Positions 1-10,903 of a DNA stretch of 64,000 nucleotides are shown piece after piece; positions within the stretch are counted from its first letter, which is position 1; the number at the start of each line of letters is the position of its first letter. This DNA comes from Eubacteriales bacterium (GTDB taxonomy: Bacteria; Bacillota; Clostridia; Christensenellales; UBA1750), in contig JAVBRD010000019.1 of the NCBI GenBank assembly GCA_031548365.1, positions 84,511 through 148,510 of the forward strand, read 5' to 3'. The notes under the pieces were generated by a model. The model searched no databases, had not been told where the DNA came from, and was given only the letters and a program-made list of their open reading frames with translations. Position numbers and translations under genes: made by a program.

Positions 1-28
1 CCAACGAATCAAACAGCAAAGGAATACC

Positions 29-1460
<1,432 letters not shown>

Positions 1461-1489
<29 letters not shown>

Positions 1490-2195
1490 AAATAACGCCC
1501 GCACCGGCGTACGCGCCGGAGCGGGCGGCTTTTTGTTTACAACAACCGATGCGCGATACATAGGAGCGCGAGATGGCGAGCGTCTTGGCAATCTCTCTTT
1601 GCGGAAGCGGTTTGCCCCCGAGCAGCCCGTAGCGCAGCTGGATGACCAGCCGCTCGCGTTTGGTCAGGATGGACTGCATCAACTGGAGCACGCGCCCCAT
1701 TTCGATGTTGACCTCCACCTCATCTGCGACAACATTGGGCGCGGTACCCAGGATGTCCACAAGCCCAATCTCGTTGCCTTCGCGGTCCACGCCGATGGGT
1801 TCGTGCAGGGAAACCTCGTTGCGCTGCCTGCGGCCCGAGCGAATCTGCATGAGAATCTCATTTTCAATACAGCGCGCCGCGTACGTCGCGAGCTGGGTGC
1901 CGGAATCGATTTTGAACGTCCCGACCGCCTTGATCAGCCCAATGGTGCCGATTGAGATCAAATCTTCCTGGTCTATGTTGGTGTTGATGAACTTTTTCGC
2001 GACATGTGCGACCAGCCGCAAGTTGCGCTCGATCAGCACGGCACGCGCCGTTTGGTCACCCGCGGCGAACGCGAGCAAGTACTTTCGCTCCTCAGAAGGC
2101 GGCAGGTGCGGCGGGAACGAGCTACGCCCGCTGATGAACCCGAGAAAAAACACGCACTCACGGATCAAGTACAAAAGTTCCGAAAACAAGAACAT
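1461..2195 (-). CDS. sigK: Sporulation pro-sigma factor of the sigma-70 family, SigK-like (closely related to SigE)
   Basis: Regions 2 to 4 align almost residue-for-residue with Bacillus SigK/SigE (LIERNLRLVAHVAKKF, DLISIGTIGLIKAV, LATYAARCIENEILM, VSLHEPIGVDREGNEIGLVDIL, ISRSYVSRI). The N-terminus has a hydrophobic pro-sequence (MFLFSELLYLIRECVFFLGF..SSFPPHLPPSEERKYL). I placed the start at the internal Met, because the track ORF begins 23 codons further upstream. There is no upstream spoIIGA, which favours sigK over sigE. Confidence 0.75.
1497..1538. terminator. Bidirectional rho-independent terminator between the convergent helicase and sigma genes
   Basis: GC-rich inverted repeat GCCCGCACCGGCG-TACG-CGCCGGAGCGGGC followed by TTTTTGTTT on the plus strand and preceded by GAAAATAA, which gives a T-run on the minus strand. 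Confidence 0.7.
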
Positions 2196-2357
2196 CGGAG
2201 CAGCCTCCCCATCAGCGTCTTTTTGATGAGTATGCGCGCGCGGCCAGTCCCTTGTCTGTCCCATTCAAACGAAGGCCCGCCGTAAGGTGATGGGCGTTTT
2301 TTGTCGATTTTTTGATGATCTGTTGATGGAAGTCAACACCAATTTTGGCATATGAAC

Positions 2358-2387
2358 TTGCGCTTTTCCGAGGCATCATGATATACT
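2358..2387 (+). promoter_or_regulatory. Putative sigma-A-type promoter for the Lpl-type ABC importer operon
   Basis: TTGCGC, an 18-nt spacer, then TATACT, about 45 nt upstream of the ATG at 2434. Confidence 0.4.
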
Positions 2388-2433
2388 ATCAGAAATTGAT
2401 GGCCAGCCGTGGCCGAAAGAGGGGGGCCGGTGG

Positions 2434-3375
2434 ATGGTTTCTCAAGTCGGCGGGGTTACGCCAAGAAAACGCGCCAGCGTGTGGTCTCGCATCAGGCGGG
2501 ACAAGTATCTGTTGCTCATGCTTCTACCCGTTATGGCGTACTACGTTATTTTTTGCTATGGCCCGATGTACGGCACGATCATCGCGTTCAAAGAGTACAA
2601 CATGTTCAAGGGCATCATGGCCAGCCCCTGGATCGGAATGAAAAACTTCCTGTTTGTCTTCGGGCAGGCCGGCGTGTACAACATCATCAAGAACACGCTC
2701 GTTTTGAACCTCCTCACGCTCGCTTTCGGCTTTCCCGGCCCGATCCTCCTCGCGCTCTTGCTCAATGAGCTCACAAGCACGAAGTTCAAGCGCACGATCC
2801 AAACGATCGTCTACCTCCCGCACTTTTTATCGTGGGTCGTCGTCGTGATGATCCTAGGCCCACTCCTGTCCACCTCGACCGGTATGGTCAACCGCGTGCT
2901 CAATGCCGTGTTCGGTTTCAAAATTAACTTCCTGGGCGTTCCCGGCTGGTGGATCTTCACGTATGTGCTGCTCGATGTCTGGAAGGGCGTGGGCTGGGGC
3001 GCGATCATCTACCTCTCGGCGCTCACGGGCATCGACCCCTCGCTGTATGAGGCCGCGACCATCGACGGCGCGGGCCGGCTCAAACAGTGCTGGTACGTCA
3101 CGCTCCCGGGCATCGCGCCCACGATCACCATCCTGCTCATCATGAGGCTTGGCAACATGGCGTCCATCGGGTTTGACGAGGCGTACCTGCTGGGCAACGA
3201 CCAGATTTCCAATGTGTCGGACATCATCTCCACCTACGTCTACCGCATCGGCGTCGTCAAAGCGGAGTACTCGCGCACGGCGGCAATCGGGCTCGCGCAG
3301 TCGGCAGTCAACGTGGTCATGCTCGTGACGGCAAACGCCATCGCAAGGCGCGTCACCGGCAGCGGACTGTTTTAG
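2434..3375 (+). CDS. Sugar ABC transporter permease, LplB/YtcP family
   Basis: Multi-TM protein with the EAA loop EAATIDGAGRLKQCWYVTLPGIAPT. The basic N-terminus followed by YLLLMLLPVMAYYVIF is typical of LplB-type permeases. Confidence 0.85.
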   Translation: MVSQVGGVTPRKRASVWSRIRRDKYLLLMLLPVMAYYVIFCYGPMYGTIIAFKEYNMFKGIMASPWIGMKNFLFVFGQAGVYNIIKNTLVLNLLTLAFGFPGPILLALLLNELTSTKFKRTIQTIVYLPHFLSWVVVVMILGPLLSTSTGMVNRVLNAVFGFKINFLGVPGWWIFTYVLLDVWKGVGWGAIIYLSALTGIDPSLYEAATIDGAGRLKQCWYVTLPGIAPTITILLIMRLGNMASIGFDEAYLLGNDQISNVSDIISTYVYRIGVVKAEYSRTAAIGLAQSAVNVVMLVTANAIARRVTGSGLF

Positions 3376-3388
3376 GGGGTGGGAAGAC

Positions 3389-4258
3389 ATGATTAGAAAA
3401 AACGCCGCCGAGGTGGCCTTCGACGTGCTCAACGTCACGATTTTGTCCATCCTCGCCTTGACGTGCCTCTTCCCGTTCGTTCACCTGATCGCGCGCTCTT
3501 TCAGCGCGGAGCCCAAAATCAACGCGGGCCTGGTCACGTTCCTCCCGCTCGAACCGCACCTGCTCGCGTACAAAGCGGTGTGGACGAGCGTCTCCCTGCG
3601 CGTTTCATTCGGCTTCACCGTTCAGCTCACGGTACTCGGCACGCTGACCAATCTGGCCATGACCATGCTTGCCGCGTACCCGCTGAGCAAAAAAACCCTG
3701 GTGTTCCGGAATTTTTTCCTCAACGTCATCATCGTCACCATGTATTTCAGCGGCGGCCTCATCCCGTTCTACTTGCTCATCAAGACGCTGCGCTTGCTGG
3801 ACAACATCTGGGCGCTCATCTTGCCCGGCGCGGTGTCCACATACTACATGCTGGTGCTCAAAACGTTCCTTCAGGGTATCCCCGAGAGCCTTGAGGAGTC
3901 CGCGAAACTCGACGGATGCAATGACATGGGCGTGCTCGTGCGCATCATGCTGCCGTTGTGCGTGCCCACGCTGGCCGCGCTCGCGCTCTTTTTCGCGGTC
4001 AACCACTGGAACCAGTACTTCAACGCCATGCTGCTCATGACATCGCAGAAAAACTTTACGCTCCAGGTACGGCTGCGTCAGCTCATTCCGCCGGATACGA
4101 CCACGCTCAACATGGAGGGCAACGCGTTCACGACGCTGCCGAACGAATCGTATAAGGCGGCTTCCGTCATTGTCGCCACGCTGCCCATCATCTTGATCTA
4201 TCCGTTTTTGCAGAAGTACTTCATCAAGGGCATCATGCTCGGCTCCGTCAAGGGCTGA
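3389..4258 (+). CDS. Sugar ABC transporter permease, LplC family
   Basis: Six-TM protein with the EAA-like loop ESAKLDGCNDMGVLVRIMLP. It starts 14 nt after the previous permease, with a GGGGGTGGG RBS. Confidence 0.85.
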   Translation: MIRKNAAEVAFDVLNVTILSILALTCLFPFVHLIARSFSAEPKINAGLVTFLPLEPHLLAYKAVWTSVSLRVSFGFTVQLTVLGTLTNLAMTMLAAYPLSKKTLVFRNFFLNVIIVTMYFSGGLIPFYLLIKTLRLLDNIWALILPGAVSTYYMLVLKTFLQGIPESLEESAKLDGCNDMGVLVRIMLPLCVPTLAALALFFAVNHWNQYFNAMLLMTSQKNFTLQVRLRQLIPPDTTTLNMEGNAFTTLPNESYKAASVIVATLPIILIYPFLQKYFIKGIMLGSVKG

Positions 4259-4316
4259 TGATTCGGGTACAGAGGCGCATGCCTTTTGCCATACTAAAAA
4301 AGGAGTGACCAAGACC

Positions 4317-5960
4317 ATGTCTAAACGCATTCTGGCTTTCGCAATCGTGGCTGTGATGCTGGCGCTGACCGCCTGCACCGCGCCTGCGGCGACGCCTGCC
4401 CCGGCCGCGCCCGCCGCGCCTTCCGCGGCCCCGGCGGCTCCCTCCGCGGCTCCGGCGGCCCCCTCCGCGGCTCCGGCGGCCCCGACAGCCGCACCCGCAG
4501 CGCCGCCCAAGACGGCCGATCCGGTCAAGCTGAAGGTTGAGGTCTTTGACCGCAACAACATCGACCCCACGGTCGGCACCGTGACCGACAACCCCTTCAC
4601 CAAGTACATCAAGGAAGGCATGCTCGCGGAGGGCGTTGACGTCTCCTTCGAGCCCGTGCCGCGCGGCGAAGAGACGCAGAAAATCACCGTGCTCATGGCG
4701 TCCGGCACCGCGCCCGACATCATCTTCACGTACGACCGCTCGCTCTTCCAGAAGTTCGCCATGGAGGGCGGCCTGCACGACCTGACCCCGTACATCGACC
4801 AGTACGGCCAGGACCTCAAGGCCTACACCGGCGAGATCAGCATGCCGTACGGCGTGCTCGATGGCAAGCAGTACGCCTTCCCGGCGCTGCGCGTGCGCGT
4901 CGGTCACATCACGCCCTTCATCCGCTCCGACTGGGTGACCAAGGCGGGCGTGTCCATGCCCACCAACCGCGACGAGCTCGTGACCGTTTTGAAGGCGTTC
5001 AAAGAGAAGAATCTCGGCGCGAACGGCCTGACGATCCCGTGGGGCGGCCAGCTCAACGGCGCGCCGTACGGCAAGATGCAGGACGTGATCCATTCTTTCG
5101 GCACCAACGAAGAAGAATATGAGTACACCGTACCCAAGTACATCCGCGAAAACTACAAGGAAGCCGCCAAGTGGATGGCCGAGCTGTACAAAGAGGGTCT
5201 GATTGATCCCGAGTTCGCCACCCGCCCGAGCGACCAGATCAACAACCCCATCAAGGGCTCCAATGTCGGCTTCTTCATGGAAGGCAATTGGGTGCCGCAC
5301 GGGCTGTCCGGCGGCAACGCGTTCCTGCTCGCGGCTCAGGAGATCGACAAGGACGCCATGATGGAAGCCGTCAACTGCTTCCCGGACAAGAACGGCAAGT
5401 ACTACAAGATGACCTACACCCCCACCGGCCTGTTCAACATGGTCCCCCTGACCTGCAAAAACCCGGAAGCCGCGGTTAAGTACCTCAACTGGATGTGCCG
5501 CAAAGAGAACGCATACAAGATCTGCTACGGCGACGAAGGCACCATGTACAAGATCGAAGACGGCGTGCCGATCAACATCGTCAACGATGACACGAACAAG
5601 CGCCGCGCGCCTTTGGGCGACCTCGCGCTCATGTTCAACGGCGGCTGGAACCTGCCCATCGAGCTGTCCAACCTCCAGACGGAGAAGAACAACCCCAAGT
5701 TCGGCAAGCAAGCCGCCGCCGCGCAGAAGATGGCCGAGGTTGACGGCGTTTACGAGCCGTTCTACAACGTCCCGATCGCGGCTGAGCGCCAGTACCTCTC
5801 CGAGCTGGACACCGCCGCTCAGCAGTGGTGGGTCAAGCTCGTCACCGAGCCGGATTTTGAGAAGACCTATGCCGACTACATCAAGGACATGGAAGCCAAG
5901 GGCATCAAGGAGATCCAGAAGGAATACACCGAGTACTACGCGAAGTACATGAAGAAATAG
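4317..5960 (+). CDS. Extracellular solute-binding lipoprotein of the Lpl-type ABC importer (LplA family)
   Basis: Signal peptide with lipobox LALTAC, a (PAAPS)n low-complexity linker, then a family-1 SBP fold (~550 aa). I placed the start at ATG 4317, 11 nt after the AGGAG RBS; the GTG at 4305 used by the track overlaps the RBS. Confidence 0.85.
   Translation: MSKRILAFAIVAVMLALTACTAPAATPAPAAPAAPSAAPAAPSAAPAAPSAAPAAPTAAPAAPPKTADPVKLKVEVFDRNNIDPTVGTVTDNPFTKYIKEGMLAEGVDVSFEPVPRGEETQKITVLMASGTAPDIIFTYDRSLFQKFAMEGGLHDLTPYIDQYGQDLKAYTGEISMPYGVLDGKQYAFPALRVRVGHITPFIRSDWVTKAGVSMPTNRDELVTVLKAFKEKNLGANGLTIPWGGQLNGAPYGKMQDVIHSFGTNEEEYEYTVPKYIRENYKEAAKWMAELYKEGLIDPEFATRPSDQINNPIKGSNVGFFMEGNWVPHGLSGGNAFLLAAQEIDKDAMMEAVNCFPDKNGKYYKMTYTPTGLFNMVPLTCKNPEAAVKYLNWMCRKENAYKICYGDEGTMYKIEDGVPINIVNDDTNKRRAPLGDLALMFNGGWNLPIELSNLQTEKNNPKFGKQAAAAQKMAEVDGVYEPFYNVPIAAERQYLSELDTAAQQWWVKLVTEPDFEKTYADYIKDMEAKGIKEIQKEYTEYYAKYMKK
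4380..4500 (+). repeat. In-frame tandem DNA repeat (about 21 to 24 nt units) encoding the PAAPSAAPAAPS lipoprotein linker
   Basis: gcggctccggcggccccctcc-like units repeated 3 to 4 times, encoding AAPAAPSAAPAAPSAAPAAPTAAPAAP. Confidence 0.8.
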
Positions 5961-6020
5961 CAAACAAGCGTCAAACAAGGGGCTTCCGCTGCTGCGGCGG
6001 CCCCTTTGTATGGAAGGGGG

Positions 6021-7697
6021 ATGGACATGACTCATTTGGAACGCGTCACACGTATGACCGAGATCGCGATTCCGCACATCCTGCGCTCACAGGTGCTCGA
6101 TCAAAGCGACCCGCATTACGGCGGCATCGTCGAGCCCAGCAAGGGTTTCCCCGACCCGATGAGCACGCGGGGGTACCTGGAGACGCTGCTCAGCCTGTAT
6201 TACTGCGATAAATCGCGGTATTACCGCGACCCGCTCATGCTGGAGCGCTCGCTTTTGTGCATGGAGCATCTCATCCATTGGCAGCACGAGGACGGCACGA
6301 TCGACTTTCTTGAAGTCGACTTTTTCTCCGTGCCCACGCTCGCGTTTTCCGTGCAAGTGCTTGTGCCGCTCGTTCGCGTGATTGACAAGTTCGGCGGCAA
6401 GAGCGAAGCGGAGAACAAGCTGCGCGCCATGCTCATCCGCTTTCTGGAGAGAGCCGCCTACGCCATGCCGCGAGGGGGCTTCAACACCCCCAACCACCGC
6501 TGGGTGGTCGCGTCGGCGGAGTCTCTGTGCGGGAACCTGCTGGGCAGCAAAGCCTGCCTTGACGATTGCGCGCTCTACCTGAACGAAGGGATTGACTGCG
6601 ACGACGAGGGCGAGTTCACCGAGCGTTCGGTCGGCATCTACGACGCGGTCAACGACAGCGCGATGATCATCATGGCCGACGAGCTGTCCCGCCCCGACCT
6701 TCTGACCTTCGTGCGCCGCAACCTCGACAAAGTGCAGCGCTACATGGAGCCGGACGGCACGGTGATGACGCTCAACTCCCGCCGCCAGGATGTGGGCAAG
6801 GCGGTCTACCCGCGCAGCATGTACTGGATCTACCGGACGATGGCCGCGCGCGACCACAACGCCAGGTACGCGTGGATGTCCGACCGCCTGCTTGAAGTAT
6901 GGGAGGACACCGCGCAGCCGCTTGGCAACGCCATGGAACGCTACGAGGCGGTCGGGCTCGCGCACACGCTCTTCCGTTTCCTGCTCGACGAACGGATGGA
7001 CGCCGATCTCAGCGCTCAACCATGGGAAAACCGCTATCACGAGCACTACCCCAAGGCGGGTATCGTGCGCGACCGGCAGGAGGACTGCTCGTTTACGCTC
7101 ATCAAGGACAAGCCCGTCTTTCTCAAAGCGCAGACCGGCCGCCTGACCGTGTACGCCAAGCTCCACGCGTGCCTTACGGGCTTTGGCGAGGGGCGCTTTC
7201 AAGCCGACGAGCTGACCGCGCTGCCCGGCGGCGGATACCGCATGACCCACAAGGCCACGCTCCCCTACGCGCGCCCGCTCAAGGACCCCGGCACGCCGCT
7301 CTACGAGTTCATGCCCAACCATCTGCGCGAGAAGGTGGGCCACCAAACACTGCGCTTCACGGTCGACGCGCTCATGAAGGACCGAGCGGTTGAGCTTTCT
7401 ATCGACCTCTCCGGCGTGGAAGGCGTGCCGTGGAAGCTTGAGCTGATGTTCGACGGCGGCGGCCTTTGGGAGACAAACGAGAGTTGGACCGCGGGCACGC
7501 CCGGCTCATGGTCCGTACTCAAGCGCGGTGATGGCGCGTACGAAAAGGCGGGCGAACGCTTCCGCGTCATCGGCGGACACGGGGAACACCGCTACGCGCC
7601 GTTCGCGCGCACCTCCGAGCCGCCCGACGCCGGCAAGTACACCGTCTTCCTGACGGGGTTCGCGCCCATCCAACACACTGTACGCATCGAGTGCTAG
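6021..7697 (+). CDS. Conserved hypothetical cytoplasmic protein, paralog A of a tandem pair; possibly an (alpha/alpha)-toroid polysaccharide-lyase or hydrolase-like enzyme
   Basis: No signal peptide. It shares with the next gene the conserved blocks GGF(N/H)TPNHRWVV, YL(N/S)E(G/D)IDC(D/N)(D/E)EG(E/D)(F/Y)TERSVGIYD, RRQD.GK and a similar C-terminus (TGF(A/T)P.(Q/K).(T/S)VRI). The track ORF starts at a TTG at 6006; I used ATG 6021, which follows a GGAAGGGGG RBS. The gene is real with high confidence. The function is inferred only from its position beside the Lpl importer and a weak resemblance of the NHxW block to the NNHSYW-type catalytic motif of lyases. Confidence 0.6.
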   Translation: MDMTHLERVTRMTEIAIPHILRSQVLDQSDPHYGGIVEPSKGFPDPMSTRGYLETLLSLYYCDKSRYYRDPLMLERSLLCMEHLIHWQHEDGTIDFLEVDFFSVPTLAFSVQVLVPLVRVIDKFGGKSEAENKLRAMLIRFLERAAYAMPRGGFNTPNHRWVVASAESLCGNLLGSKACLDDCALYLNEGIDCDDEGEFTERSVGIYDAVNDSAMIIMADELSRPDLLTFVRRNLDKVQRYMEPDGTVMTLNSRRQDVGKAVYPRSMYWIYRTMAARDHNARYAWMSDRLLEVWEDTAQPLGNAMERYEAVGLAHTLFRFLLDERMDADLSAQPWENRYHEHYPKAGIVRDRQEDCSFTLIKDKPVFLKAQTGRLTVYAKLHACLTGFGEGRFQADELTALPGGGYRMTHKATLPYARPLKDPGTPLYEFMPNHLREKVGHQTLRFTVDALMKDRAVELSIDLSGVEGVPWKLELMFDGGGLWETNESWTAGTPGSWSVLKRGDGAYEKAGERFRVIGGHGEHRYAPFARTSEPPDAGKYTVFLTGFAPIQHTVRIEC

Positions 7698-7902
7698 GGC
7701 AGCGCCGCGTCACCCGCGCACGGTGTCCTCGCGGGTTTTCACGTTGCTCCGCGTCGCCCAGTTCCCTCAACGCTTCTTGATCATGGCGGAATTCTACGCG
7801 ACGCCGGCGGCGATGTCGCCTTAGGTATGCGCTGAACAAGAGCCCTGCGGGGCATTCCCGCACGATCTTCTCATAAAACACTCAACAAAACGGAGGGATC
7901 AC

Positions 7903-9558
7903 ATGAACCCATACAAACTGATTTTGCAGCTGACCGACGAATCCGTGCCGCAGATGATGGCCATCCAGCAGATGGATCCAACCAAGCGCGACTACAAAGG
8001 ACACGTCTGGCCGGGTAAAGGCTATGCCGAGCCGGGGACTTCGGGCGGCGCGGTCATGCTCCTGAGCGCTTACTTCTGCCCGGATTCGGTTTGGTACAAG
8101 AACGCTTCCGTGCTTGAGATGGCGATCAGCGCCATGGAGTTCTTCCTCTCCAAGTGCCACGAGGACGGCTCTTTCGACCTGATGGAGACCAACTTCCACG
8201 ACTGCACGTGCAACGGCTTTGCCATGCAGAACATCGGCTACATATACCGCGTGCTGGAGAAGTACGCCAAAACAGAGCGCGAGCTTGTCATGAAGTCGCT
8301 CGCGCTCGATTTCGTCAAAACGTCCGCGCGCGCGATGCTGAACGGCGGCTTCCACACGCCCAACCACCGCTGGGTGGTGACCTCCGCGCTTTCGCTGTGC
8401 TACAGCATCCTCAAAGACCCCGCGCTCAAGGAGATGGCGGAGCTCTACCTGTCCGAGGACATCGACTGCAACGAGGAAGGCGACTACACCGAGCGCTCCG
8501 TGGGCATCTACGACGTGACGAACAACGAATCGCTCACCATCATCGCGCAGGAGCTGGGCATGCCCGAGCTGTACGCGTACGTGGAGCGCAACCTCAACAA
8601 AAACTGGTTTTACATCGAGCCCGACATGACGGGCCTGACGCTCGCTTCCCGCCGCCAGGATTACGGCAAGGACGCGATCATGGTACGCCACTTCTTTTCG
8701 TGCTGGATGGCCGCGCGCCGCACGGGCGATCCGAAGCTTCAGTGGCTGGCGGGGCAGTTCCTCAAGCAAATGGACGACCAGCGGCTGCGGTACGGCGCGC
8801 CCGGTCAGATCGCCGCGACGCTCCACCACCAGTCGCTCCTCGCGCGCTTCCTGCTCGATGACTCCCTCAAAGGCGACATGCCCGAGGGCGAGCCCATGCG
8901 CGACGTGTACGACAAGAGCTTCCCGCTCGCGGGCGTGGTGCGCCACCGCAACGGCAACTGGACGTGTTCTTTGCTCAAAGGCAACTCGACGTTCATGAAA
9001 GTGCAAAACGGCACGCTCAAGGCGTATGTCAAACTGGTCGGCTCCTACTTCGCGCGCGGGCGCATGCAGGCGCAGGAGATAACGGCCATCGAGGGCGGCT
9101 ACCGCTTGACATACCGCGACGTATGGGGCTATGTGCGGCCCATCAAGGACCTGCACCAGCCCGACTGGCACAAGATCGACAAATCCGCGCGCGAGGACGC
9201 CAACATGCAGCTGCTCGTCTGGCAGGTGGACGTCCTTTTCGAGGACAGCGCCGTGCGGCTTGAGATCAGCTCCGAAGGCACGCCCGAGATCCCCATGAAG
9301 CTCGAAATGATTTTCACCGAAGGCGGGATGCTGCGCGCGCAAGGCCTCGCCACGCCGGGACGCGCCGGCTCCTACGTCCTCCTCGCGGGGGACGCGCTCT
9401 ACGAGCGCTACGGAGAAGCGATCGGCGTTGAGGGCGGATTCTGTGAGCACGACAACGCCCCCGCCATGCGCGGGAGCGATCCGCAGCCGATGGAGCAATT
9501 CTGCGTGTACATGACCGGCTTTACACCCGTCAAACGGAGCGTCAGAATCACCTTCTAG
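7903..9558 (+). CDS. Conserved hypothetical cytoplasmic protein, paralog B of the tandem pair
   Basis: By eye it is about 35 to 40% identical to paralog A along its full length. GGAGGG RBS precedes ATG 7903. No signal peptide. Confidence 0.6.
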   Translation: MNPYKLILQLTDESVPQMMAIQQMDPTKRDYKGHVWPGKGYAEPGTSGGAVMLLSAYFCPDSVWYKNASVLEMAISAMEFFLSKCHEDGSFDLMETNFHDCTCNGFAMQNIGYIYRVLEKYAKTERELVMKSLALDFVKTSARAMLNGGFHTPNHRWVVTSALSLCYSILKDPALKEMAELYLSEDIDCNEEGDYTERSVGIYDVTNNESLTIIAQELGMPELYAYVERNLNKNWFYIEPDMTGLTLASRRQDYGKDAIMVRHFFSCWMAARRTGDPKLQWLAGQFLKQMDDQRLRYGAPGQIAATLHHQSLLARFLLDDSLKGDMPEGEPMRDVYDKSFPLAGVVRHRNGNWTCSLLKGNSTFMKVQNGTLKAYVKLVGSYFARGRMQAQEITAIEGGYRLTYRDVWGYVRPIKDLHQPDWHKIDKSAREDANMQLLVWQVDVLFEDSAVRLEISSEGTPEIPMKLEMIFTEGGMLRAQGLATPGRAGSYVLLAGDALYERYGEAIGVEGGFCEHDNAPAMRGSDPQPMEQFCVYMTGFTPVKRSVRITF

Positions 9559-9599
9559 GTAAGCGGTGATTGAATCCGCACCCGTCCTGTCGTCCTGCT

Positions 9600-9900
9600 C
9601 CGGAGATGAAAAGAACCCGCAGGTTCTATGAACGCGAACGCGGCGTTCCGTTTGGGGCCTTTCCACACATCGGACACAACCGGTTAGTCCGATGAACACA
9701 TCGGCGTGCCGCAGCACCCCGACGTGTTCATCGCTTGCCCAAGAGAGCGTTGGACGAGCCGGAGTGCCTGAGCGCGCCCGCTCGTCCTGCGGGTTGATCT
9801 CAAAGAACGCGGACAGCACGCGCCCGCAGGGTTTATCGCAACCGCGATACGCCCTGTGGGCGGTGTTTTGCCATGACCTCGTCTTGCCACAGAATCCCTT
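9600..9900. repeat. Copy A of a dispersed intergenic repeat family (GAACCCGCAGGTTCT-box) inside a 480-bp non-coding gap between convergent genes
   Basis: aaaagaacccgcaggttctatgaacgcgaacgcggcgt matches copies at about 33890, 33960 and 54750. It also contains a hairpin with a 15-bp stem (9690 to 9733: CGATGAACACATCGG, a 14-nt loop, CCGACGTGTTCATCG). The gap has no credible ORF. Confidence 0.6.
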
Positions 9901-10039
9901 TGTCCGGAGACCTTGGCAAGGCTGCGATCGCCCGGCGCAGCCTCCGGTCGCGACCCCTTTCGCCTCCTTGCCCCGGGCGAAAGCACCGCGCCGTCCGAGC
10001 CGCTTATGGGTTTGGTTGACCATTCTGCGCGCCGGAGCG

Positions 10040-10903
10040 TCAAGTGATCCTGAAGCACTCCCGGATTGCTCCGCCATCCCCCGCCTTCTGCCACGAAATC
10101 CAGTACCCTTCGGACACGCCCGCGCTGCGCTCCGGGCTGCTCGCTTTCCAGAGATACCCCTCCAGCCCCGGCGGCGGCGTGAGCCTGTAGCTGCCGGGGA
10201 TGGCGTACCCGACCGCCTGCACCACCTCTTGCCCGTCCTCTTGCCCGATCACGGCCGCGAGCAGGTAGTGGTCGAAGCCGGCGGGCGCATCGGCGACAGG
10301 TACGCGCGCAAAGCGGATGTGCGGCTGCTCGAACGCGTGCACAATCGAAGACCGTTCAAACAGCGCTTTGACGCGCGCGGAAGTTCCCGGCCAGAGCCAT
10401 TCGGGTTCGGCAGGCGCTGGATCCGGCGCCGCCTCTTCCTGAACCGCCGGCTCAACGGGCTTGGTCTCCTCGACAACAGGTACGGGCGCGGGCTGCGGTT
10501 CGGCTTTTTTGGGGGGGACAAGCAGCGCGTGGAGCCCGCTTTGCCGGACATCCTTGGCCGCGTCAACGCTCGCGCACGCCGCTATGAACGCGCGGCCATC
10601 CGCGACGCGCCAAACACACACGGCGTCACATCCCTCGATGTCGAGAGCGCGCAATTCGGCCTTGAGCGTCCCTTGACCGCGCGCGTCGATCTGCATCTCA
10701 CCCAGCAAGCGCGCGCTTTTGCGGTCGCGCGCGGCGAGAGAGGCTGTGAGCGCGCCTTCGTCCGGCGGCATGCCCTTGAGCGAGACCGTGACTGTCGCGG
10801 TCGCCCCCTTTTGCTCGATCTTGACAAAGCCCGAGCACGCGCTTTTCGCGTCGACGGGCCTGAGCATGTTGACCACGCGGCGATACTCTTCCATGGACGT
10901 CAT
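10040..10903 (-). CDS. Hypothetical two-domain protein with a Pro/Glu/Ala-rich linker
   Basis: Long ORF with balanced composition and a PKKAEPQPAPVPVVEETKPVEPAVQEEAAPDPAPAEPE linker. I recognise no family. The overlapping plus-strand ORF 9692 to 10984 has junk composition. Confidence 0.55.
   Translation of the reverse strand: MTSMEEYRRVVNMLRPVDAKSACSGFVKIEQKGATATVTVSLKGMPPDEGALTASLAARDRKSARLLGEMQIDARGQGTLKAELRALDIEGCDAVCVWRVADGRAFIAACASVDAAKDVRQSGLHALLVPPKKAEPQPAPVPVVEETKPVEPAVQEEAAPDPAPAEPEWLWPGTSARVKALFERSSIVHAFEQPHIRFARVPVADAPAGFDHYLLAAVIGQEDGQEVVQAVGYAIPGSYRLTPPPGLEGYLWKASSPERSAGVSEGYWISWQKAGDGGAIRECFRIT

Noticed and set aside
4380-4500. Possible CRISPR-like array because of regular short repeats
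   Set aside because: The repeats are directly adjacent with no spacers, they are in-frame inside a CDS, and they encode a PAAPS linker. This is not a CRISPR.
3605-6077. Long minus-strand ORFs (404 aa and 609 aa) antisense to the permease and SBP genes
   Set aside because: They have Arg/Gly/His-rich junk composition typical of antisense frames in high-GC DNA, and they overlap well-supported sense genes.
7882-10077. 731-aa minus-strand ORF overlapping paralog B
   Set aside because: Antisense artefact. The sense-strand protein has conserved motifs, and the antisense one is low-complexity with Arg/His/Gly.
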